DNA from: Eledone cirrhosa | Taxonomy: Eukaryota | Assembly: GCA_964016885.1 (NCBI GenBank) | Contig: OZ024742.1 | Coordinates: 111,352,001-111,416,000 of the forward strand | Reading direction: 5' to 3' | Length of the DNA: 64,000 nt | The notes under the pieces: model-generated | Seen by the model: only the letters and a program-made list of their open reading frames with translations | Databases searched by the model: none | Told to the model about the DNA's origin: nothing | Shown here: one piece after another, positions 39,580 through 53,129 of the stretch | Numbering within the stretch: position 1 is the stretch's first letter | How the letters are laid out: each line of letters begins with the position of its first letter | Position numbers and translations under genes: made by a program

Positions 39580-39904
39580 CTTAGAGGATAGAGATTGGAT
39601 TCACATTCTTGAAGGTCTGAGTTCTATTCCACGACCGGTTGGTGCACTTTGTCCTTGAGCAATAAACTTGTTTTCACGTTGCTGCAGTTTAGTCAACTGC
39701 AGATATATCTTTGCACGTCACTGGTGCCGAGACGCATCTACATTAGCCTTTCCCTTGAAGGATATTGGTGGTATCGTGAGAAGAATCCGGTATGTATGAA
39801 TAATTGCTGATCTTCCACAAAAATGTCTTGCCTGGTCTTTGGCTCTGGAGCAGAACTTTCTGATCAAAACCTATGATCATTCAACACCGAAGACGGTTTT
39901 TACC

Positions 39905-39905
<1 letters not shown>
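39580..39905 (+). mobile_element. SINE family B, degenerate
   Basis: gagttctattcc...tgtccttgagcaataaacttgttttcacgttgct. Confidence 0.65.
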
Positions 39906-39953
<48 letters not shown>

Positions 39954-40011
39954 TAGATAGATAGATAGATAGATAAATATACACGGGTGTGTATGATTTT
40001 GTATAGAAGAT

Positions 40012-40413
40012 ATATTAATAAAAGGAATTCCATCTTTGTCTGATTTACTCGTTTTATTTACAATCCTTTAAACTTTATAATGGTATTATAATGAAATAGT
40101 ATGATAGAATATTAAATGTTAAGTGTTAATTGAACAAGTACTTTCATGCAATCGCAATCTTCAGGTTCATAATATGTGGTGACAGTCAAATTTGCAATTT
40201 TCAACTGTGAAAATTGCAAACTTGACAGTTGAAAATTGCAAACTTGACTGTCACAACACATTATGAACGTGAGGATTGCGAAAGCATGAAAGTATTTGTT
40301 CAATTAACATTTAACATTTAATATTCTACCATACTATTTCATTATAATACCATTATACATTTTAAATGACTGTAAATAAAACGAGTAAATCAGATAAAGT
40401 TGGAATTCCTTTT

Positions 40414-40419
<6 letters not shown>
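40012..40419. mobile_element. ~410-bp near-perfect palindromic HHR insert next to (TA)n
   Basis: 40012-40208 is the reverse complement of ~40225-40419. One HHR motif per arm. Confidence 0.82.
40131..40169 (-). ncRNA. minimal type I hammerhead, canonical core (plus-arm copy 40264-40302 has C3>G)
   Basis: tgaac-CTGAAGA-t tgc gatt gca t-GAAA-gtac-TT-gttca. 5-bp stem I, palindromic stem III. Confidence 0.75.
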
Positions 40420-40449
<30 letters not shown>

Positions 40450-42059
40450 GTATGCTTTACTAGAAGTGGATTACACTGCAAATGGCACATTACATCTTAA
40501 AAATAAGGATAACAAATTGTTGAAATATTCCGTGGTTGCTGTTTAATAGTCCTTAATAATTGGATGAATTACCTTCATCAATAGAAGAACTGAGGAAACT
40601 AATTATTACAAGGATGCCTTGTATTGTTCTTATGCTGGCATTTTGGAACTGGAAAGTGGTGTTTTCTTCAGCGCTGGAAACGGTGCATGAATCAAGTGGT
40701 ATGTATTCTAAGCGATGTTATCTTCTATGCTATTGTAGTATGTATTTGATACCTAAATATTAAACTTTAAAAATCATAGAATAATTTAGATTATAGCCAT
40801 GCAATGTTATCTTACGTGGGAGAGACGTATGTTACCTGGAAATAGTCGTGCATGGAGTCAAGTTCTTTGTAAATGCATCTAATTCGTCACATTTTTTAGC
40901 GATTTTAAGTCTGTAATATATTAGCTTCTGATATATGAGAAATGCATTTCTCAAAAATATGCGTTTTTCCGTATCTTTGTGATTATAGGAAATTTTATAA
41001 CATAAAATGTATTACTATTTGATGAAGTTTATTTAGCTAGAACAGAAATTGTACCTGATATTATCATAACCCTACCATTTCTTTATTTCCGAGAAATAAG
41101 TTTGTTCTAGACTGGCTGTTACCATCAATCAGTAAATCTAATATTTAATTAAATAGAAGCGCGAATTGTCTTGACAGTTCGGGGAGATTGGCATCTATGG
41201 CACCGTTGGGTACAGAACCCAAGCAATATGTTGATCAGTTGCATATTTGCAGTTTAGATAAGTATCTAAAGCCCAAATTTATATATCGTAGCAAATTTAT
41301 ATATCGACAAATTTATATATATACAAAAATATATCTGGTAGCAAATTGTAGTTAGAATATCAACAGTTAGAATACCAATAATTTGGCAAAATTTTTAGCA
41401 TCTGTGTTTTAAATATTAACGGTTTTAATAAAAAAAACATCGTTAATACCAACTGTTATTGACTATCAGTGCATCCGTGTTATCGTTGGTGGTGATAGCA
41501 ATATTGAAAAATTCAGCCATAATATGAGGTATTCCTATATTCCTCATAGCATTAATGTTCTTGATAGCATTTCAATGATATTACAAAAGGCAGTAGGGTT
41601 TCATTAACAATAATGTTTTACTAGCAATATTAAGTACTGTCATATGAATAGAATAGTGGGTACATGCATACACGTACCCACGGAGAAGCTCTAGTATACA
41701 AATGCAATTTTAAATACACGTAGCGAGATATATACACACAACTGCATATAGATGCATGTCTTTAAATACGCATAGTCGTTATATCAATGTACGTAAATTT
41801 ACATAAATAAGCCTGAATATATAGTTCATACATTTTGGGAACTAGCTAGGTTAATGGATAAATATAGCTGTTGGTAGTTTGTTAACAAACATTTGGTAAA
41901 TATAGTAGAACTGGAGTGAACATCTACGCGTTGATACACTGTCATTCACATTAATTTTTGTTTCCTTAATAGTCACTACGACCGAGTAATAAAAAAACAA
42001 TGCAAAATAACACAGGCAGTATGGATTTACTTAACATACGGAAAAAGGAAGGTAGCTGA

Positions 42060-43900
42060 CAATTAACAATAAATAAATAAAATATAAGATAATTTCTCAA
42101 TAGTGGGAGATTCCCTCAGGTGGGAGCTTATGTACCCCACGAAACCAAAACTACACTAATCGCCAAGATTATTCGAGGAATGTGCCTTTCTCCTTTCCGA
42201 ATTCGCCAGCTTACAGGCAGAGGCTTAGTGTAGATCCATCCACTTGCGTTAATCTCGTTTTATTCACACACCTTTCAGAAAATCTACTGCGAAAAAAGAA
42301 TTTCCCTCTCCACTCTTACTTTCCTTTGCAAGAGGAACTTGAAAAGGTTGAGGAGGACGTTGCAGAGGAAAACTGCCTATATTTTCAGGCCAAAAAATGA
42401 TGACTGCGCCAATGTTCAAGAGGGCTTCGGCCGAGAGCCGGATCCTTCTTACACTTACACTCACCAGTATTTATTCAACACAACTCCACAATTCAGCAAT
42501 GGCCGGACGCGGGACGTGTGTGTGCAGAGCGTCATCGCATTTGACCACAATTAGTCCACAGAAAGCTAACATTCAATTTCATTTTAACGTATTGGCCGAC
42601 TGGAAGAGGTGTGCGAGCGGCAGGAAATATTCGAGATGCCGGACGACAGCTCAAGGCTCACAACCATACGTGTTTTGTAATTGCTGTTTTGGTAGTATTG
42701 TTAGTGGTGGTGGTGGTAGCGGTGGTTTTCGTGAGGTTGGTGTTGTTGACGGTCTGTTTGTATTTGCTATGGGTATGTTCTTTTTAAGAATTTTTTTTAA
42801 AAGTATTTTTAAGCGTGTATGCTGGTGTGATTTCTTCGGTTTGTGGAGTTTCCTCTCATATTCACTTCGAGAGGAGGTACCGGTGTGTCCAGGATCCGTC
42901 TGTGATATTTAGGGGAAAAGGAGTGAGAGAGAGAGAGATAGAGAGATAGAGAGATAGAGATAGAGATAAAAGATAGATAGATAGATGGATAAATATATAT
43001 AGAGAGATCTTCGTTGGTAGATCCCTGGGTGTTTTGGACGTTGTTTGTTGTTGGTGGTTGTGTTTCTGCTCCTGTTGCTGCTGTTGGTGGTTTTGAAGAT
43101 TTTGCTGTTGTTTCTTGAGTTAGTGTACATTTTGCAGTCTTTGGTTTTACTGTTGATTTTGCTGCTGCTACCGTGGTTGGAGGCGATATTGTTGGCATTC
43201 GCTGTTGTTGCTGTTGTTGTGCACAAGCAGTTTCCTCGTCGGTTTGGTTTCACTCTAAGAATGGTGCCAGTAATCTCCAAGACAACACACGCCAATATCC
43301 ACCTCCAGCAATAGGTCTTTCAGCGCTTTCAGTGTGCTTTCTAGTTCTAATGGGGGTGCCGCCTCCGACCGTCTGTTTTCTGCCGAAATACATAGTTAGT
43401 TGGAAGTCTTGGATAATTTGACAAGTTTCTCTATTAAGTTTATATTAAATATTTGTATATTTCTTTCAGCCGTTACTGCAAATGCCCTATAGTTGTTATT
43501 CATGTTGTTTATATTGTTGTAATTGCCAGCATTAATGGTCTTTTTGTTCTCTGCTTTTGTAATCTCTTTCTTGTTTTCGTGGTAGTGGGGTGATGGTGAT
43601 GCTGTTGGTGGTAGTAAAGGGAATGGCAGTGTTCGTGTTCGATTTGTTGTGTTCGTTTTTTTATGAATGTGACTGTGATGTCAACGATAGTAGAAATCAA
43701 ATGTTCTCTTCATACTTTTCCCGTACAGACTAGCCTTTGATGTTGTTGTCGCTGCTATTGCTGCTGCTGATGTCGTTGTCATTTAAAGGCTGGTCATTTC
43801 GTTTTTTTTTACAGTCTACTGTTCATTTCAGCGGAAGAAATATTCTCATGTACCATGTCTACTTTTTTAAAATAAAAAACACGAGCGGCATGTTTCTGAA
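42060..43900 (-). mobile_element. old, internally deleted L1/Tx1-type element
   Basis: 42100-42650 resembles parts of 44220-45200 (3' UTR and ORF2 C-terminus). 43000-43900 resembles ORF1 of the neighbouring copy. Confidence 0.55.
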
Positions 43901-44018
43901 AAGAAACACAAAATGTTGGGTTAGCCACAAACAATATATAAATGTTTTTAAAATGTAAACAAATAATGAACTTTATCCTGCGATGTGAAAATACGTATCG
44001 TGAGACTCAAAAACAAAA

Positions 44019-44067
<49 letters not shown>

Positions 44068-44369
44068 ATAATAATAATAATAATGATTTCTTTATTAACC
44101 ACAAGAGTTTACATAAAGTAGACATTAAGGACAGTTCAGGACAATACAGGGCGGTACAAATGGGCATTTCTGCGTGTAAAAAAAAACAAGAAACAGAGGA
44201 TGTAATAATAGAACAATGAAAAAATTCCCCAATAGGGGGGAGACTTCCGAGGGACATTCGTGGAGAAAGCCCATTAAAAAGCCACAGTGACCCTGACCAC
44301 CAGGGCAAGTGCCCTCTCCCAGTTTTTAACCTTTAATTTACAGACACATACTCAGAGTAGGCCCATTCA

Positions 44370-47300
44370 ATCGGGCCATTCTTGCTTCTCTCACCCATCT
44401 TTTAACAAAGTGGTTAGAAGAGAGCACTTCCCTTTCTACCCTGATTTTCCTTTTAAATGAAATTTGAAAAAGTTAATCAGGGCATCACCGAAGAGGTAAG
44501 TGCTCGTCTTCAGCCCTTTCAAACGTGTCCACCATACTATCTCTCTCGCCATGGCCACCAGACAGATGAAACTGCCTGCACTTCCCAGCTAAAGGAAGAG
44601 GGCGTGGCAATCCTCACGATGGACTCGGCTGATAGCCGGATCCGTCCTACACGCGACAGCAGGTGGTCGACATAAACCCACAAGTCAGCAATGCTCGGAC
44701 ACTGGACGAGTGCGTGCAGGACTGTTTCGTCGCCCTGCGCGCATCTCGGACATGCCCGGCTGACGGCACCTCCATGCCTGTAGAGTTTATCCCGAACTGG
44801 CAAAGCTCCTCGGTAGCACTGCCAGGTCAGGGGTTTCTGGAAGTTGTCCATAGGCCACGGCCCGAAAGTTCTTCCGAAGAGATTGGCTAGTTGATTTTCG
44901 TCGACGCCTAGAGTTTCCCCAAGTACGTCGTCGCTCTTCCCCTCCACTAATCGTCTATAGAACGCCAAGGTGGAGTTTCCACCGATCACATTGCCCGATT
45001 GGTCGATGGCTGTGAGCGCCTGAAGACATTTCAGTCTCCAAGCGCTCCCTCTCAGTCTTCGCTTGACCCAGGACTGCAGCTCCGTCAAGGAGACGAGCTG
45101 GGGAAAGACGTGTCTAGCAAACAGAGACCACACCTGATCACAGTCGAGGAAGAGGTGGAGATTTCGTAGCCTGAGAGCGTGTCTGCGCATCATCAGCCAT
45201 GGCATTCCCAGCCCTCCACGTAGAGGGTGTTGACAGCAGATGGACCGCCTGACCATCGGAGTGCGTCCTTTCCACAAAAAGCGAAAGAGCAAACGCTCCA
45301 GCGCAGTCAGGCGGGGCTTAGGACAAGGTACGACCGTCAGGAGGTAGTAGATGACGGTCGCGATATACGCGTTAGCCACATCCGCTAGACCTTTCAGGGA
45401 TAGCTTCCTCTCGGCCCATTTCTGGGTGAGAGAATCCACCCTGATCGTCACCTCGTCCCAGTTTTTGTCCGTCTGGAGGTCCGGACCGAACCAGACCCCT
45501 AGCAATTTAACCGGTCCGTCCGTCCAGCGTCCGACGACGTTGTTGGACGGCATGGACCTGCCTCTCCAGGTGCCGAGCTGCAGGCCCACTGACTTTTCCT
45601 GGTTGATCATTGCTCCTGTCACCGCTTCGTATTCTCTTAGTGTAGTGCCGATCGCCTCGATGTGTTTGGCGTTCGACACCACTACGGTGACATCGTCCGC
45701 ATATGCTGACACGGATCTTCCGCATCCTAGTTCGCGCGGGACGCCCCTTAACGTCTCCAGTTTGTGCAGTAATGGCTCGAGAGTCAATACGTACAAGAGG
45801 GACGAGAGGGGACATCCTTGGCGGACCGAGCGCATGATGTTGAACGGTTCCGACAGGTGACCGTTCACTCTCACAACAGAGCAGATGTTGCTGTGCATGG
45901 CAGCGATCCAGCCTCTGAAGACGGGCCCAAAGCCAGCCGCCCTCAGGACTGCCGCTAAGTAACGATGGTCGACCCTATCGAAAGCTTTCGACTGATCTAA
46001 ATTGATCAAGGACCCACCCGTGCCAGGTTCCTTAGCTACCCACTCTACGATGTATCGCATGAGGTGGAGGTTGTCGTGGATGGATCTGTCGGGAATGGCG
46101 CATGTCTGCGCCTCTCCCACCAGACCACCGACGACAAGCGCCAACCTCTTTGATAGCACTTTGGCCAAAATCTTGAACTCTGTGTTTAGCAGAGTTATGG
46201 GCCTAAAATTATCTATGTTATCCCCCTTGTTCGGATCCTTTCTCAGCAGTGCCACCGCTCCTCGGCTCACAGAACTGGGAATTCTGCCGTTCTGTTGCCA
46301 GTTGCAGTAGACGTCCGCCAAGAGGCCTCCGAACAAGTCTGGCATCTGTACGTAAAGTTCATAGGGCAGGCCATCCAAACCAGGCGATTTACCCCTTGTG
46401 CAGCTAGTCATTGCCTCCCTTACTTCAGCGGCTGTTATCGGCTTTTCGCAACACCTCGCCTCAGTGGCCGAGAGCCGCGGCAGTCCGTCGAGGTAGACAC
46501 TAAAGTCCATCCCTCGACCCGGCCCACCGCTGCCCCCGAACAGCTGCGCGAAGTGTCGCTGAAAAGCTTCACACATTTGCCCGGGATCGAGTAGCATGCG
46601 CCCGTCGTGGTCCACCAAAGACCGGATCGTGGCTTTGTTGCCACGACGCGCCTCCGCCACTCGGGCCCATTGAACGGCTTCGTCCCCTCGTGTCTGAGAG
46701 CATGCAACCTTGCTCTGACAACGCAGCCTTCGTGCTTTGCATTGAAGAATTGGTCAAGGGCCAATTTCGCCGCAAGCACGTCGGTCGCAATGCCTTTGCT
46801 AAGCGCCTCGTCTAATTTTCTAACTAGTTCTCCCTCTGCTCTATTTTTCTCTATTGTTAAAGCCTTACTAAATCTAATCGATTCTATTCTAATCGCTCTT
46901 TTCAGAGCAAACTACAACTTGTTGTTGACGATGGCCCCCGTCAACGCCCGCTTAACTAGTTCGCTAATCCGGTCTCTGTAGGCCTTGCCCGCTGGTAAGG
47001 ACGCGTTTAGCTTCCAGTAGCCGGGTCCTCGTCTATGAAGCCTATCTAAGTCAAGCACACAGATCACGAATTTGTGGTCCGTGTAGCTGACTATCTTGAA
47101 TTGTGGCAGCCTACGCTAGACCTATCTATTTCCCTACAAAATACTCTATCTAGATATGATCTGGATGACCTTATGCGATTTGTCCAAGTCCACATTGGCA
47201 CATTCGGGAAATCCAATCGGTATCTGTGAGACAGTTCAAACCGCCTGAGCAGGTTGGTGAGGCTCTTGCACCCTCCACCCCTATCCACTAATCCGACACA

Positions 47301-47753
47301 GTCCCAGCGTGGATCTAAGATCCCGTTCCAGTCGCCCACTAACACTAAAGAGCGGGACGTTCCAAGAAAGGTCTCCAGACGCCGGAAGAAATCAGGCCGC
47401 CCTGCTCCTGTCGGGGCATAGACGGCCACTAGCCTGAAAGCTTGCCCGTCTCCGCTGGTCACGTCCAGCACCACCAGCTTACCCTCTGGGTCCAGGAAGA
47501 TGGCCCGTATGGCGAGATCCAAACCTCTCCGAAAAAGCACAGCAATCCCTCCCCCCGATCCAGGACGGCTGGGAGATGCGTACACATCGTAGCCGCCGAA
47601 GATCGGTGCTAAGGCCCGTGCTTCGGAGATTCTGGTCTCGCTGATGGCCACTACATCTATGTTTAGTGACCTGAGGTCGTTGAGCAGGTGACCCTGCTTC
47701 CATGACGACCCCAAGCCACGCGCATTTATGCTGCCTATTCTGAGTGAGGTCAT
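44370..47753 (-). pseudogene. ORF2: AP endonuclease, reverse transcriptase, Cys/His C-terminal domain (frameshifted)
   Basis: SINARGL, ISET, VYAP, GDWN, YLDR; KSPGLDG, RPITLLN, DQSKAFDRVD, RQGCPLS, YADD; CPRC...ETVLHALVQC. Confidence 0.93.
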
Positions 47754-47788
47754 GTTTAAAATAGAGTGGAAAAGATGGGAAAGACCAC

Positions 47789-49740
47789 TTACCGTACTTT
47801 TCGTAGAGGTGGGATGGTTTTTACATCCCTTTTCACTTGATCGTCTGGTGAAGGGACCGTTGAATCGTCCCTTCGGCTGGTTGTCGTCTCTTCTATGAGT
47901 ATGTCCGAATATACTCTTCGATTGATAGTTCCTCCTAGGTCCATGAAATCACCAACTGCGTTGGGGAATTTCGTTTTAATGTTTGTGTATTGTTTCTGTG
48001 CTATTTTTAGCAGTCTTATGTTAGTTGGCGTTTTGATTGGTGCTGGTATTATGTAGTCGTGTTGTGAAATGTCTGTGTGTTCAATTATGTAAGTCATTAG
48101 TTTCTTGTTGTGTGTATTTATTGCCGTGCATTTGTTTTTCTGGGGGTGGTGTGTGGTTCTGCTATTTTCTTGTCGTTGTTGCTGGGTGTGTGTGTTTTGT
48201 TGTTGTGTTTGCGATGTTGGTGCTTGTGGTGGTGGTGTTGAAGGTGTTGTTGGCGGTGTGGTTGTCGCCGGTGGTGATGGTGGTGCTAGTGTGGGTGGTG
48301 ATGGTGTTGGTGGTGTTGCTGCTGTGAGTCTCTTTGCAGTAGACTTTACCCTTTTCTCATTTCTTTCCTCCCTTTTCAAAGGCGACGATGCGCTGCTTCT
48401 GCGTTTGTGCCGTCTTACGACCTTTTGCCATCCCTCTTCCACCTCACACTCCATGTCTGATTCTGTGAGGTCGGGGAGGGGTACCAGCTCCACTCTTTCA
48501 CTTGTTGTTGTTGGTGATGTTTGCACTGGAGTCTCTGTTGCAGCTGCATTTGGTATTGCTGTTGTTGTTGTTAATATTTCCACTGCTGCTGCTGTTTTTG
48601 ATTTGCGTGGCGTGGGTATGGGTGCCACGGACCTATCGTTCCTGGTTGCCGCTTGTCCTGTTGCTGGTAGCCGTGGAGCCGGTTTCGGAAGGAGGGGGGT
48701 TTTCTCCTTTCTCAGGGTCTTCTCGTTGCAGAAGGCCCTGAGGTGAGTCTTCGATCCACAGCGAAAGCATTTCGGGCGTTTGCCCTCAACACTTATGGGC
48801 AGTTGAGTGCCGTTATCGAAGTCTATCACATCCGGGATAGCTTCGATGCACTCCTGGTTGGTTTGGATTAGCATCTCAATGGAGGTGCCGACCCAATCTT
48901 CTCTTACTTTTTTCTGTACTTGCAGTACAGTTGTTTTGTCCTCGATTCCGACGAGGACAGATGCGGCCAGCCAAGAAGGGGCCATCCCGGGGGGGGGGGG
49001 GGGGGGACGTGGGTCAATTTGACCCTCACGATTTTTTGCCCGCAGTAGGAGGGCACCACCACCATTTCCTCGCATTTTAAGGTCACTACGGATTGAGCCT
49101 TTGCCTACTGGGGTGTGGCAAAAAGTACGTCTACGGTGGCATATTTTTTGCCTCGGGTGATGTGCGTTTTCCGCTGCCACACAGACCCCAAGACGTTTTG
49201 TATTTGAGCCTCTGTGGCTCTTTCCACCCTACGGGATTTTGTACTTACTGTATGGTACGTGGCCGTACAGTGCTGTTGGGTTTCGAAAAAAATTTTCCGC
49301 TGCCTTGCAGATTGGTCGGTGTCCAGTCTTTGTCACCATCTACTTCGCTTCCTCTAATTCCTCATTTGTTATGAGGATTGTTTCCAGGTTCTTCGCAATA
49401 CCTGCAAATGAGATTGTTTTTTCTTTGCTGCTGTTGTTGTTGATGTCGTCAGAGCTGCTGTTACTTTTGTTGTTGCTGCAGGTACTACGACTACTGCCTC
49501 CGCCGCTGTTGCTGTGGTTGTTGTTGGTGTTGCTGCTGCTAATGCTGTTGTTGTTTATGCTGCTGGTGATGCTGTTGCGGCTGCTACTGTTCTTTTCATT
49601 GTCACTGTTGCTGTTGTTATTACGGATGCTACTGCTATTATTCCTGACGTCAGACGAATGAAATGGGTTTTCGTATTTCCCGCACACCTGTTTCGTCGTT
49701 GTCGTCGTCGTCGTGGAGAAATCTTGCACGCTTTGCACGA
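47789..49740 (-). pseudogene. ORF1: gag-like nucleic-acid-binding protein with CCHC knuckle (frameshifted)
   Basis: CFRCGSKTHLRAFC (CX2CX4HX4C), followed by a Pro/Thr-rich tail with WQKVVRR. Lies directly upstream of ORF2. Confidence 0.82.
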
Positions 49741-50112
49741 GACTTTTCTTTTCTGTCGTCGCTTGCGAAAGAGGGAGAGAGACACATTTAAAGAAGGGAG
49801 GGAGAGAGACAATCTTCTCTCTGCTGTAGCGATGATTGAGGAAGAAGAAGACGGAATGAGTGGGAGTGACCTATGAAAATTCTTTTTCGTAGCCATGTTG
49901 TTTTTTTTGTTTAAAATAAATATTGGGCACAAAACCCCAATAAGCAGTTATTTAACCCCGAAGGGCCAAATAACGGGCAGAAAGACCCCTCTCACGAGGA
50001 GGAGGGTGTTTTTGTCTACAAGTTCGTTAAAGTTTTAAACAATTTACAATTGTTATAGCGTTCAAAATTTACAATACCTTACAGAGCCGAGCGTCCGTCA
50101 ACCATAGCATTC

Positions 50113-50147
<35 letters not shown>

Positions 50148-50559
50148 AAATATTCCAATATTAAGTAAATATGTCAACACATATACGCGACTAAGGATAA
50201 TTTAACGATAATTTCACTAAAGATAATTTCACCACCAACACCACCACCACTACCACGATGAAAACTCTGGTCAAGTCGACTCAAATTTCTACTCCAACTT
50301 CAACACCATCACTACAGTAATACGACCACATCACCACCACCACTGCCTCATTATCGCTACCGCCGCTATTCTCTCCCACTACCTCCTGCTAGTTGCTGCT
50401 AGCACAGCACCGCCACCTCCCCCACCACCACTGCCTCATTATCACTACCGCCGCTATTCTCTCCCGCTAGCCCCTCCTACATTGTAGAATTCTCACTAAA
50501 ATAGGAAGGCATCAAAATATATAAATAGACTGAATTGATGACCCGGTCAAATAAAAAAA

Positions 50560-53019
50560 AACAAAAATCAAAATCAAAGCAGCACAGCAACAACGAAAAA
50601 CGTAAAGAAAATAAGAATGAAGAGAAAAACAAACAGACGGACAGAGGAGGGAAGGGAAAAACTAAGTCAGACATTCAAACACTACATTACAATGAAACTT
50701 ATGCTTATTCATTTTGGGGTTTTTATCTGCCTGTTTGTTTGTTTGTTTATTTGTGTTCGTCTACAGCGTGATAATGCCACACAAAAGTCACGTGGAGTGA
50801 CGAAACCACCGGAGACGATGAATTCACCGGTGGTTATGTAACCATACATTCGCCAATCCTCGATAAGCGTGTTTAAATGTCGAACCTAAACAGTTCGAAT
50901 AACGGTGAAATGAAGACTAGAATGTCATGTGACAGACTCTCACCCAACAGGTGCTCCCTGGCTCAGCAGCAGGGACCGGGCTGTCAAACAAATACTGCTG
51001 GTGTCGGAGGAAGAAGAAGGAGAGGCACCACTGCACGAAAGAATTGAATAGAACTGTTATGCAATGTTACCTGAAGAGTAACCCCAAGGAGAAAGGCTAT
51101 AGGAAACGGATGCATAACATCTGGAACGAGATTGGTCTATTTAAATTAGATGAACAAAAATTGGCCGGGCAGGCTCGAGTAATAAGAACTAATGGGTGGA
51201 TAAGCGAGCTGGAACTGGAGGAACTGAGCAGAGAGATTAGCTTGGAGATGGAGAGTGGAGTATGCCAGGCAAACGAGCCAGTGGAAAATGAAGGTGAAGA
51301 GGTCAAGAGAACGGAGGAACCACCCGAAGCAGACAATGATCTGAATGCTGAGATAAATAATACCTGGAACAGAGATACGGCCACTGAGGAGATGAATGCT
51401 GACGGGCTAGGACAAGATTTGGTTGATATCCTAAACTTAGTGGTAGATGAATTGAACAATGACAGTGGGAAACCTATGAACCTAAGATCTGTAGACAGGA
51501 AAAAGTTAAAGGAAACAACAGCTAAGGGAAACAAAGTCATCCCATACCTTGAGGCGAGGAACCGTCACCAGTGCAACAATATCCTCAAAGCAACAGCAAA
51601 TGCGGTGAGGAAATTACTTGGCATAAAAGCGAGAGGAAACAAGAAACAAGAAAGATCAGAACCTTGGTGGAAGAAATGACTGAATGGTCAAATCAGGGAA
51701 ATGAGAATTGACATTGGAAAGCTTGAGTCCCTACTGAATGGAACACTAAAAAACATAGACACTAAAAATAGACTTGAAATAAAGTACAAAACTAGGAGGA
51801 AAAAGCTAAATATTATCATAGAGGAACTGAAGCAACGCATTGTAGCAAAGAGTGCAAAAAGTAGGCGATACGAGAGTAGAATCAGTCAATATGCGGGAAT
51901 TCTGAGAAGGAATGTTGCTAAACAAAAAGAAATGGATAGGAAGACTAGGAAGCTATTGATTATCTACAACATGTTCCACAAGAGGAGTGATGTTGATAGA
52001 CTCTACTTAAGGAGATCTGAAGATGGAAGAGGTCTTATCAGCATAGAGGACTGTGTTCAGATGGTGAAAAACAACCTACACAAATACGTGACTGATAGTA
52101 AGGAGCCAATTCTCAGAATTGTACTGAAGGAGAGAACAATATACCAGGGGATGTCCAAGGAGGAAATAACAACAAGGAAAAAGAGCAGCATTCAGGAAAA
52201 ATCCCTTAATAGTACCTTCTTTGAGATAACTGAATTCAGAGATTCACAGACATGGAACTGGTTGAAAAGAGGAGACCTTAAAAAGGCTACAGAAGGAATG
52301 CTAATGGCTGCGCAATAGCAGGCCCTCAAAACGAAGTGGTTGAAACACCATATTTACAAGGAGGAGGCTAGCCCACTGTGCAGGATCTGTGGAGAGAGGA
52401 GACTGTGGCTCACATTGTATCCGAGTTTAAACACCTAGCCCAGACTCACTATAAGGGCTGGAGACATGATGTGATGGGTAAGGTGATCCACTGGCACCTA
52501 TGCAAAGTAAACAATTTACCATATTCTGAGAAGTGGTATGAGCATAAGCCAGAGTCGGTGATAGAAAACGATCAGGTGAAGGTGCTGTGGGATTTTAGGA
52601 TACAGACGGACAAGAAACTGGAACACAATAAACCTGACCTGGTGGTTTTGGACAAGGAACAAAGATCGTGCCTGATTGTGGATGTGGCCTGCCCATTCGA
52701 CACGAGGGTGCAATAGAAGGAGAGGGAGAAAATTAACCGATACCAGGACTTAAAGTGGGAGGTAAAAAGGATTTGGAACTGCCATGAAGTCAAAGTGATC
52801 CCGATTGTCATAGGCGTACTAGGTACTAACTCAAAATGTTTCCAGGGATGGTTAAAGAAAATTGGTCCCGCCACGCTTTTTGGAACACTTCAAAAGGCAT
52901 GCTTGCTGGGAACAGCAAGAACCCTCCGATACGTCCTGAATATCTGAGGCTGCAGGTAGTGGCTTGATATTCATTTCAACAAACGTTCCAGTTAACTAAC
53001 ATCAATGACTGAGACTAAA

Positions 53020-53020
<1 letters not shown>
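50560..53020 (+). mobile_element. R4/Dong-type non-LTR element, copy 1, RT core deleted
   Basis: Colinear with 53130-56940 except for a ~1.34-kb deletion at ~51890. Ends in (AAT)n. Confidence 0.88.
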
Positions 53021-53097
<77 letters not shown>

Positions 53098-53105
53098 TAA
53101 TAATA
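53021..53105. repeat. (AAT)n tract between tandem Dong-type copies
   Basis: Direct reading. Confidence 0.95.
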
Positions 53106-53129
53106 AAAACAAACAGAGAAAAACAAAAA

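Larger units (their letters stand above)
44085..50112 (-). mobile_element. full-length L1/Tx1-clade non-LTR retrotransposon flanked by (ATT)n on its sense strand
   Basis: ORF1 + ORF2. Sense-strand 3' end aataaagaaatc-(att)n at ~44085. 5' end directly follows an (att)n tract at 50113-50145. Confidence 0.9.

Noticed and set aside
40560-40640. DELPSSIEELRKLI, faintly like a Tc1/mariner C-terminus
   Set aside because: Too short, with no other transposase motif or TIR.
45351-49932. Antisense and alternative-frame ORFs over the Tx1 element
   Set aside because: Shadow frames of GC-rich or low-complexity coding sequence.
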